64,000 bases of DNA from Chloroflexi bacterium B3_Chlor. GTDB lineage: Bacteria; Chloroflexota; Anaerolineae; UBA7937; B3-Chlor. The stretch lies in assembly GCA_005223035.1 (NCBI GenBank), contig NJBK01000005.1, positions 31,237 to 95,236 on the forward strand, given 5' to 3'. Position 1 is the first letter of the stretch; each line of letters begins with the position of its first letter. The notes under the pieces were generated by a model, which saw nothing but the letters and a program-made list of their open reading frames with translations, was not told the DNA's origin and did no database searches. The translations under genes and the position numbers were made by a program. Shown piece after piece: positions 39,747-46,941 of this stretch.

Positions 39747-41492
39747 CTACGTGCTCGCCATCCTGACGTCATCGGGCGGTATGCCTAGGTAGACGAACAG
39801 TTTCTCAGCTATTCGCCTGAACACTGGAACAGCCACCACTGAGCCCCAGGGAGATTCGCGGGGTCTATCCATCTTGACTAGGATTATGAACTGAGGGTCG
39901 TCAGCCGGGGCGTAACCCACGAAGCAGCCTATGGTATCTACAGGATGATACCCTCCTGCTACGGGAATCTGCGCCGTACCAGTTTTACCGGCTATCGCAT
40001 AACCCGGTATACTGAGGTTCTGCTTTCCCGCCAACGAATCCACCAGCATCTCCGTGAGTTCCTTAGCCACCAACGGGGATATCGCAGTCCGCCCTGGCTG
40101 TGGATGAAACTCTTTGATGATCTGGCCATTCTGTTCGATGCGCTGGACGACATAGGGTCTTGGCAGGACACCATCATTGGCCACGGCGGCAACAGCTGTG
40201 ATCATCTGTATTGGCGTGACCGCTATCCCTTGACCGAAGGAGTTGGTGCCGAGGTCCCCCTCTCGCCAATCGCCGTCTCCGGGTACTCTCATGATGCCCT
40301 TTGACTCGTAGGGCAGATCAATCCCGGTCATTTGTCCAAAGCCGAATCGCTCCACGTAGTCGTAGAATCCCTCAGCACCAAGGCTCGTGCTGAGGGTGGC
40401 GGCCCCAACATTTAGAGAGTATTTCAGCAGGTCGGTCATGCTTATCGTACCCCACGCGTTCCTGTCCCAGTTCACGATGAGATGCCCACCCACGAATATC
40501 TGTCCCTGATCATAGTAGGTGCCGTATCGACCGACCGTGCCTGAATCCAGTGCTGCTGCCATCGTGACTACCTTGAAGACAGATCCGGGTTCGTAGGCAT
40601 CGCTCACCGCAGGGTTGATAAAGAGCTCCTTGGGAATCTCTTGACCAAGGTGTGGGTTGGGATCGTAGCACGGATAGCTAGCCATGGCGAGGATAGCGCC
40701 TGTCTGGGGAGCCATGACAATGATAGTTCCTTTCTCGGCCCCGTATTCGCTGAGACCTCTCCGCAATTCGTCCTCCACGAGTCCTTGGATCGTCCGGTCC
40801 ACGGTCAATATGACCTCCCGACCGTCCTGCGGTAGCAAGACATTTCGCGAACCGATACTTATACTCAGATTGAGGGCATCGCTCGCGCCTCCCCAAGAGC
40901 CCTCCAGCCCCCGCAACTCTTCGCTATAGAATTCCTCGACTCCATAGAACGCGTCGTAGTCTCCCTCGTGGTCGTACGTCACGAAGCCCAGGAGGTGGCA
41001 AGCCATTTCCTTCTCAGGATACACGCGCTTCCTAGCCGGGCTGATGCCTATGGCCCCGGCATTCCACTGGTCTCTAATGGTTTCCACCTCTCTAGCTACC
41101 TGCAAAGGTGCATCCCAGACCAAGGATACGGAAGGCTCGCTTGTCTGGGAAAGCAGAGTCACAAGAGTGCCTTGATCCGTGTCGAGTACGGGAGCTAGCT
41201 CAGCTGCCAAGCCGTCTGGGTCCCGGACATCTCTGGGCGTGGCAAAAACCTCGAATTCATACTCGTCAAGAGCCAGTACAAAACCGTGTCGGTCTTTGAT
41301 CGTTCCGCGGAGGGCAGGTATGGGAATGTCGACCAACTGCCACCGCTGGCCAATCTCCCTGAGATCGTTGTGACGCATGACCTGCCAATAGAATAGCCTC
41401 CCAGTCAGGATCAACACAGCTACGGCTGTGCCTAGCCAAAGGATCATGAGTCGTGTTTTCGATCCGCGCGCTGGCCATTCAGACTCTGCCAT
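39747..41492 (-). CDS. ftsI: Class B penicillin-binding protein (FtsI-type transpeptidase)
   Basis: N-terminal TM segment and PBP dimer region. SVFK (SxxK), YSLN (SxN) and AGKTGTA (KTG). Confidence 0.85.
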   Translation of the reverse strand: MAESEWPARGSKTRLMILWLGTAVAVLILTGRLFYWQVMRHNDLREIGQRWQLVDIPIPALRGTIKDRHGFVLALDEYEFEVFATPRDVRDPDGLAAELAPVLDTDQGTLVTLLSQTSEPSVSLVWDAPLQVAREVETIRDQWNAGAIGISPARKRVYPEKEMACHLLGFVTYDHEGDYDAFYGVEEFYSEELRGLEGSWGGASDALNLSISIGSRNVLLPQDGREVILTVDRTIQGLVEDELRRGLSEYGAEKGTIIVMAPQTGAILAMASYPCYDPNPHLGQEIPKELFINPAVSDAYEPGSVFKVVTMAAALDSGTVGRYGTYYDQGQIFVGGHLIVNWDRNAWGTISMTDLLKYSLNVGAATLSTSLGAEGFYDYVERFGFGQMTGIDLPYESKGIMRVPGDGDWREGDLGTNSFGQGIAVTPIQMITAVAAVANDGVLPRPYVVQRIEQNGQIIKEFHPQPGRTAISPLVAKELTEMLVDSLAGKQNLSIPGYAIAGKTGTAQIPVAGGYHPVDTIGCFVGYAPADDPQFIILVKMDRPRESPWGSVVAVPVFRRIAEKLFVYLGIPPDDVRMAST

Positions 41493-41588
41493 GGGCCTGT
41501 TGTGGCCTCCAACCTGAACCCCTACTGGGACGAAATGCCTGTGTGTTTCGAGTCAGAGCAGTGGCTCCTTCTCACATGATGTGATGAG

Positions 41589-42074
41589 TCAAGGTCGTGT
41601 GCTCATCCAAGATTCAAACCGGGCCATCAATTCACCCCACCAGGTTGCCAGTTCCTCAGAAGCCGGTTCTTCCAGATGACCGTCCTCTGTGGAAGGAGAT
41701 GCTGAGATGCCAGCATCCGAGGGCTCTGAAGGGAGATTGTCCACGCCGAGGTATTCGACAGTGTCTGCCTCCACGAAGCCCAGGGCTTCAGCCTTTCTCC
41801 GTACGTTGGACAGGGACTCCAGTTGAGAAATGCGTTTCCGAAGTTCGGCGCTGTCCTGTCGCCATCGTTCCCTCTCCCCGGTCAGGCGTAGAACCTCAAG
41901 GCCAGCGGCCGCCGTGTGACTGGCCTGGTTTAGGTAGAAAGAGCCTATCAGACTACCCAGCAGAAGCACGAGAAGGAATAGGCCCATGGTCTTGCCAGTG
42001 AACCTCATGGACGAGCGTAGCTCAGCCGGGCTTCTGATATGAACCCTGGGCAGATACACCGGATCAGTCTTCAC
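41589..42074 (-). CDS. FtsL-like cell division protein (single TM + coiled coil)
   Basis: It sits between rsmH and ftsI. TM segment GLFLLVLLLGSLIGSFYL, then the helix LRLTGERERWRQDSAELRKRISQLES. GTG start 6 nt after GGAGGAG. Confidence 0.5.
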   Translation of the reverse strand: MKTDPVYLPRVHIRSPAELRSSMRFTGKTMGLFLLVLLLGSLIGSFYLNQASHTAAAGLEVLRLTGERERWRQDSAELRKRISQLESLSNVRRKAEALGFVEADTVEYLGVDNLPSEPSDAGISASPSTEDGHLEEPASEELATWWGELMARFESWMSTRP

Positions 42075-42091
42075 CGCCGTCTCCTCCTCGT

Positions 42092-43015
42092 CTACACCCG
42101 GGTGGCTATTCTAAGCTTGGCACTGCGACAGCGCGGGTTCGCCCTGATCTCCTCCGATGAGGGTCTAATGGGTTTTCTGGTCAGGACTTGCAGAGTGCGG
42201 TGGTGGTGACAGGCGCAGACTGGCATCTCTGGCGGGCAGATGCAATCTCGCGACTCCCGGCCCATGAACGTTTTCACTAGACGATCTTCCAGAGAATGGA
42301 AGGTGATTACGGCCATTCTTCCTCCAGCGGAGAGGACATCCAGTAACTGCGGCAAAACGTCGGACAGAGCTTCCAACTCCTTGTTCACAGCTATGCGTAG
42401 AGCCTGAAAAGTCTTGGTCGCCGGATGCAGTTTCCGTCGCCTGCCCGCCCTCCGGGCTACCAGGTCCGCCAGTTCCAGGGTTGTCCTGACGGGCCGGTTC
42501 CGCACGATTGCTCGGGCTATCGCTTTGGACTTCGGCTCTTCCCCATACATGAACAAGATCTCAGCCAGTTCTGCCTCCGTGAGTTCGTTGACGAGATGGC
42601 TTGCCGTTGTGTCTCCCTCAGGGTCCATACGCATGTCTAGGGGACCGTCCCTCTGGAAAGAGAAACCTCGCTCCCCCCGTTCCAATTGTACAGACGATAC
42701 TCCCAAGTCCAACAGCACGCCGTCAGCAGGAATGAACCCTTGTTCTGAAGCTATTTCCTTTAGTCGAGCGAAATTGTCACGCACCAAAGTAAAACGCCCC
42801 TCGTACGAGCCAAGTTGCCGCCTCGCCAATTCAATCGCTGTAGCATCTAGGTCTATGCCCAGCAATGTGCCATCGGGTGCCGATCTCTCCAAGATCCCAC
42901 CGGCGTGCCCGCCAGTTCCCAAGGTGCAGTCCACATACCTCCTGCCTGCCTTGATCTCCAGTCCGTCTAGCACCTCCTCTAAGAGGACAGGGGAGTGGAA
43001 AGGAGTACCCTCCAT
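42092..43015 (-). CDS. rsmH: 16S rRNA (cytosine1402-N4)-methyltransferase
   Basis: HSPVLLEEVL..YVDCTLGTGGHAG..DLGVSS. The start ATG at 43015 overlaps the mraZ stop (TGATG). The track ORF is over-extended. Confidence 0.9.
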   Translation of the reverse strand: MEGTPFHSPVLLEEVLDGLEIKAGRRYVDCTLGTGGHAGGILERSAPDGTLLGIDLDATAIELARRQLGSYEGRFTLVRDNFARLKEIASEQGFIPADGVLLDLGVSSVQLERGERGFSFQRDGPLDMRMDPEGDTTASHLVNELTEAELAEILFMYGEEPKSKAIARAIVRNRPVRTTLELADLVARRAGRRRKLHPATKTFQALRIAVNKELEALSDVLPQLLDVLSAGGRMAVITFHSLEDRLVKTFMGRESRDCICPPEMPVCACHHHRTLQVLTRKPIRPSSEEIRANPRCRSAKLRIATRV

Positions 43016-43449
43016 CAAGGTAAGCCCACCTCGGCAAGACGTTCGGCGATCGTGTCTCCTTCTTGCTCCAGCTTGGCCTCGGCCTTCTTCCACTTTGCGG
43101 CGTTCCATATCTCCAGGTACCTCTGGGCACCAAGGATCACCGTTTCACCGTCCAGGTTGGCGAACTCCCGCAGGTGGCTGGGAAGCAGGATGCGTCCCTG
43201 TTTGTCCGGCACGGAGTCGCTGGCTCGTGAAAACATGTAGCGGGCAAAGTCACGGGAGTCCTTCTGTGTGGTGGGCAGGTTGTTGATCTTCTCTGCAAGC
43301 TCCTTCCACATGTCAATGGGGAAGACCCAGAGGCAGCCATCTAACCCGCGGGTCACTACCACCCCTGTGGCGAGTTTCGGCCTGAACTTGGAGGGCACCG
43401 TCAGTCTACCCTTGCTGTCAATGCTGTGGAGATATGAACCAAGGAACAT
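43015..43449 (-). CDS. mraZ: Transcriptional regulator MraZ
   Basis: MFLGSYLHSIDSKGRLTVPSKFR, with a second SpoVT/AbrB-like repeat DKQGRILLP. The start is the ATG at 43449. Confidence 0.9.
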   Translation of the reverse strand: MFLGSYLHSIDSKGRLTVPSKFRPKLATGVVVTRGLDGCLWVFPIDMWKELAEKINNLPTTQKDSRDFARYMFSRASDSVPDKQGRILLPSHLREFANLDGETVILGAQRYLEIWNAAKWKKAEAKLEQEGDTIAERLAEVGLP

Positions 43450-43505
43450 CTGTGCTACACCGCCCCACCTTGGACCCATTTGCTGGGCGTTCGCAGGCCA
43501 ATTGC

Positions 43506-43530
43506 CCCACCTTGCCCCACAATTACCCAC
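43506..43530 (-). promoter_or_regulatory. Candidate MraZ operator: three GTGGG direct repeats at exact 10-bp phasing
   Basis: Minus strand reads TATAAT-GTGGGtaattGTGGGgcaagGTGGGgcaat. This corresponds to plus-strand CCCAC at 43526-30, 43516-20 and 43506-10. A fourth GTGGG lies at 43468-64. Confidence 0.55.
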
Positions 43531-43559
43531 ATTATACAGCACTTTTGACCGTTTGTCTA
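43531..43559 (-). promoter_or_regulatory. dcw/mraZ promoter TAGACA-17 nt-TATAAT
   Basis: The -35 is at 43559..43554 and the -10 at 43536..43531 on the minus strand. It lies about 80 nt upstream of the mraZ ATG. Confidence 0.6.
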
Positions 43560-43661
43560 TAGTACAAAGGGACGAGTTGGGTCTCTGTCGAAAACTTTAA
43601 GGTTCGAAGAGCTAACCGACAGGTCTGGCAGGGAGTCGTGAGGTCTAGTACGCCTTACGTC

Positions 43662-43690
43662 TTGACAATCCCGCTGCGGCAAGCTATAAT
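43662..43690 (+). promoter_or_regulatory. Perfect consensus sigma70 promoter TTGACA-17 nt-TATAAT
   Basis: The -35 is at 43662-43667 and the -10 at 43685-43690. It is divergent from the mraZ promoter, about 100 bp away. Confidence 0.6.
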
Positions 43691-43693
43691 CGG

Positions 43694-45574
43694 ATGAAGG
43701 GTATCTACTTGATCGGTGGAGCCTGTTTTTCGCTGCTCGCATGCGAGGTGTTGGGGCTAACCATGGCAGCAGATTCAAGAGTTGAGCAGTTGCTTAAGCA
43801 TGGGATCGCGGCGGCCAAGGTTGGCAAGTCAGATGAAGCGCGCGAGTTGTTGTCCCAGACGCTGGGCTTGGACCCCGAGAACGAGAAGGCGTGGCTATGG
43901 CTGAGTAGTGTCGTGCCCGATGAAGACAAGATCGAATGTCTTGAGAGGGTGCTGGCGATCAATCCGCAGAACGAAGCAGCCCGCCTGGGTTTGGAGTTCT
44001 TGCTGTCCGGCAGCGTGACTGCGCCTGAGGAGCCTGCGCCAGACGTAGAGTCGGAAGCGGCACTGGAGAAGCTTGCGCCCGAGGCAGAGAGTGGGGTGTC
44101 AGGTGTAGCCGAGGATGTATCCCGTGGAGCAGGCCGAAGCAGCATAGTGTACTTGCGGGTCACTCTCTTGGCTTTGGTTGCATTCTCGGTGTGTGGAGCG
44201 GCGATCTTGTATGGTCGGATGATGCTTGCCACAGAGGCGCCGGAGCCCGGGCCCGCCACTGCAGCAACCTATACTCCAGGCCACACAACTACTCTGGTTC
44301 CCGTCGTCACCTCTCTGCCAGCTGTCATGGCTACCCCTTCGAGGACGCCGGTGCCAACCTACACGTTGGTCGTGCCGGATGCCCGCATACCAGGCTTTCC
44401 CATAATCAATGAGGGGGCCTACGACGAGATCGAGGCGAGGGTGCGTGACCTGAGAGGATTGGTGCCCTTGCGGGACACGCAAAGACTGACCTTCACGCGC
44501 TATCGTTTGGAGGAGTATCTGAGTGACGTCTATCAACAGGGGGATTACCTTCAGCAGTTGGAAGTGAGTCAGAGGATGTATGCGGTGCTGGGCCTGATAG
44601 ATGAGGGCTACGACCTAGCAGAGAGCCAGATTGAGATGCAGAGGGAGGGATTGGCCGGCCTCTATGACTGGGAGAGCGAGGAGATCTACCTTGTCCTTGA
44701 TCGGTATACCAGCGACTTGTGGCTGGAGGTGACTTTTGCTCACGAATTCACGCATGCCTTGCAGGACCAGCACTTCGATCTAGACTCTCTCTACGGACGC
44801 GTTTCGACCACTGATTCGATTTTGGCACTACAGGCCCTGATCGAGGGAGACGCAACACTGGTGATGATGGAGTACGCATTCCAGTACCTGTTTCAGATGC
44901 AATTCGAGCATTCCGACCTGCTGGAAGTTATCCAGGACGTGGAGCAAGGCGAGTACGAGGATGCGCCCGGCGTGGTACTTGAAACTGCCTGGTTCCCCTA
45001 TGGTCAGGGTATCATCTTCGCAGCCGTGCTGGTGGAGCACGGTGGTTGGGATCGACTGGATCAGGCCTTTCGCGATTCGCCCCAGACGACTGAGCAAGTA
45101 ATGCACCCCAGCAAGTACCTCGCTGGGGAGGGAGCGCAGGTCCCAGAGGTGGGTGATCTGCTTGGCGTACTTGGCCCCGGGTGGTCAGAGTTGAGGAGGG
45201 ATGTTCTGGGCGAGTTCTTAATTCGCGTCTATCTGGAGAGGGAGCTGGGCAGCGAGGAAGCACTCTTGGCAGCCGAAGGTTGGGGAGGCGATTCGCTCCT
45301 GTTTCTGGCCAACGACGAGGAGGAGAGATACGTCCTGGTGCTGCGGACGAGTTGGGACAGCACAGACGACGCCGATGAGTTCCTCTCCCTCTATGTGACC
45401 TTCATGGAGCGGTCCGGACCGGCTTTCCGTGTCATGGATGATCCACATCGCAAGGAATGGCGGCGACAAGACCAGGTGACCTACTTGAGCCAGGAGGGTC
45501 GGGAAGTGTTACTCGTGTTAGCGTCGGATGACGAGGCCCTGGATCTCGTACTGAGCGATTTCCCCACCTTCTAG
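43694..45574 (+). CDS. TPR-like N-domain - TM - extracytoplasmic domain with HExxH motif (putative membrane-anchored metallopeptidase-like protein)
   Basis: ..EKAWLWLSSVVPDEDKIECLERVLAINPQNEAA (TPR-like). TM segment IVYLRVTLLALVAFSVCGAAILYG. The motif TFAHEFTHALQDQH is present. The ATG at 43694 lies only 3 nt after the -10 box, so the in-frame ATG at 43763 (MAADSRVEQLL) is the more likely start. Confidence 0.55.
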   Translation: MKGIYLIGGACFSLLACEVLGLTMAADSRVEQLLKHGIAAAKVGKSDEARELLSQTLGLDPENEKAWLWLSSVVPDEDKIECLERVLAINPQNEAARLGLEFLLSGSVTAPEEPAPDVESEAALEKLAPEAESGVSGVAEDVSRGAGRSSIVYLRVTLLALVAFSVCGAAILYGRMMLATEAPEPGPATAATYTPGHTTTLVPVVTSLPAVMATPSRTPVPTYTLVVPDARIPGFPIINEGAYDEIEARVRDLRGLVPLRDTQRLTFTRYRLEEYLSDVYQQGDYLQQLEVSQRMYAVLGLIDEGYDLAESQIEMQREGLAGLYDWESEEIYLVLDRYTSDLWLEVTFAHEFTHALQDQHFDLDSLYGRVSTTDSILALQALIEGDATLVMMEYAFQYLFQMQFEHSDLLEVIQDVEQGEYEDAPGVVLETAWFPYGQGIIFAAVLVEHGGWDRLDQAFRDSPQTTEQVMHPSKYLAGEGAQVPEVGDLLGVLGPGWSELRRDVLGEFLIRVYLERELGSEEALLAAEGWGGDSLLFLANDEEERYVLVLRTSWDSTDDADEFLSLYVTFMERSGPAFRVMDDPHRKEWRRQDQVTYLSQEGREVLLVLASDDEALDLVLSDFPTF

Positions 45575-45702
45575 CAAACTGAAGACAGTGTCAGCCCGCG
45601 GTGATGCCTGATTGATCCCAAGCCGAACGGCGAATGCTCCGAAAGCATCTGCCTATGGGCGAAGTGTACTTCGTTCTGCCCCCCATTGGTGCCCCATCGC
45701 AG

Positions 45703-46428
45703 CTAAGCACCGGCTTGACCAGGTGCACTCACCGTGATCTCGCCGAACAACTCCTGTTGCTTCACGATCAGTTTGCGTCTCTTGATGAGTTGCAGCAGGG
45801 CCAGGAAGATCACGATGATCTCCATGCGGGAGGCCGCCTGAGCCAGAAGCTGGTTCAGGCTGAAGTGACGGTGTTCAGTCACCAGTCTTTCCAGTTGGGC
45901 AATCTTTTCGGGGAGCGACACATGGAGGGGACTCACGATCTCATCCGCGGACGATGTGGTCTGGGCGAGCATTGCCTGTCGAACCGCTTCCAGTAAACCA
46001 TCCAGGGTGACACCCTCCAGGCGAAAGCTGCTTTCCAACTGGGGCAGAGGCAGGAGACGAGCATAGGACCTTAGGCCTTGTTCCTCCCTAGCTCTGAGTT
46101 CCTGCATTGCCTTCTTGAACCTGCGGTACTCGATGAGTCGTCTCACCAGTTCGTCGCTCACGTCCTCCTCTTCCTCCTCCAGCTCCTGAGGTGGTTGAGG
46201 GAGTAGTATGCGAGACTTGATCAGAAGGAGCTTGGCGGCGACGATCAGGAAATCGGCTAGTTTCTCAGGCTCCAGTTTCTCCAGCCGGCTGATATGGTCC
46301 ACATATTGGTCCGTCACCGCGGCCAGCGAGACTTTGGTGATATCCAGTTGTCTGTCTTCGATGAGATGCAAAAGCAGGTCGAGAGGACCCTCGAAGACAG
46401 GGAGGGTTACTCTGTACGCAGTGTCCAA
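45703..46428 (-). CDS. scpA: Segregation and condensation protein A
   Basis: LPVFEGPLDLLLHLIEDRQLDITKVSLAAVTDQY. Confidence 0.85.
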   Translation of the reverse strand: MDTAYRVTLPVFEGPLDLLLHLIEDRQLDITKVSLAAVTDQYVDHISRLEKLEPEKLADFLIVAAKLLLIKSRILLPQPPQELEEEEEDVSDELVRRLIEYRRFKKAMQELRAREEQGLRSYARLLPLPQLESSFRLEGVTLDGLLEAVRQAMLAQTTSSADEIVSPLHVSLPEKIAQLERLVTEHRHFSLNQLLAQAASRMEIIVIFLALLQLIKRRKLIVKQQELFGEITVSAPGQAGA

Positions 46429-46676
46429 ACTTCAGAATCCTTGATATGCGTCTCCACCGGAAGCTGGTTGAACAGGCTTGTGCTTGGTTTCTTGACTGCC
46501 GCAGCATCCGTGGGGTCCAGGATGTGGATCAGTTGTCACGTCGGTGTATCATGCTGCCTTGGCCCGAACTTGTTCTCAGCCGCTGCCAGTCAAGCCCATA
46601 GCCGCACAAACGATTATATGGCAAATCCAGACTGTTGTCCACGAGCCGCTTGCCATGCGTGCAGTCGCCTATGTGC

Positions 46677-46705
46677 TTGGCCTACACACGGAGAAGTGAT
46701 ATAAT
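46677..46705 (+). promoter_or_regulatory. Promoter TTGGCC-17 nt-TATAAT with extended -10 (TGaTATAAT)
   Basis: The -35 is at 46677-46682, TG at 46697-98 and the -10 at 46700-46705. Confidence 0.5.
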
Positions 46706-46721
46706 GATGGAGGACCGGACA

Positions 46722-46931
46722 ATGGGTCCCGCAGTGAGCGCCGGCGATGCTGACCCCGGCCCCATGTACCGAATTACGGGTGCGATGGTGATGCATCTCC
46801 AGAAAGCCATGCTGGCTATCCTGATGGGGGTTAGAGAGATGCGGTTGGCTGCCGTCTTGAACTCCCAGCCAGAGAAGGATGTGCTTGTGCAAACAAGGAT
46901 CGGTGTTTCTCACGTGATGTACTGGAGTTGA
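46722..46931 (+). CDS. Hypothetical small protein (69 aa), possibly co-transcribed with the TPR gene
   Basis: The ATG at 46722 follows GGAGGA by 8 nt. Sequence: MGPAVSAGDADPGPMYRITGAMVMHLQKAMLAILMGVREMRLAAVLNSQPEKDVLVQTRIGVSHVMYWS. It stops 10 nt before the TPR ATG. No family is recognised, and the -10 box is so close that the SD may not be transcribed. Confidence 0.3.
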   Translation: MGPAVSAGDADPGPMYRITGAMVMHLQKAMLAILMGVREMRLAAVLNSQPEKDVLVQTRIGVSHVMYWS

Positions 46932-46941
46932 TCGAGGGGAA

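Noticed and set aside
42414-43286. Long shadow ORFs antisense to, or out of frame with, confident genes. Examples: 42414-43286 (290 aa, antisense to rsmH), 21539-22333 (etfB), 36365-37144 (murD), 48241-48906 and 47152-47703 (TPR gene), 49428-50078 (cdaA), 43705-44259, 24512-25132 (nrdJ), 32382-32909 and 32942-33544 (CvpA-like genes).
   Set aside because: Each lies fully inside a gene with strong family motifs on the other strand or frame. Their translations are low-complexity (R/S/P/G-rich). This is the usual GC-rich shadow-ORF artefact.
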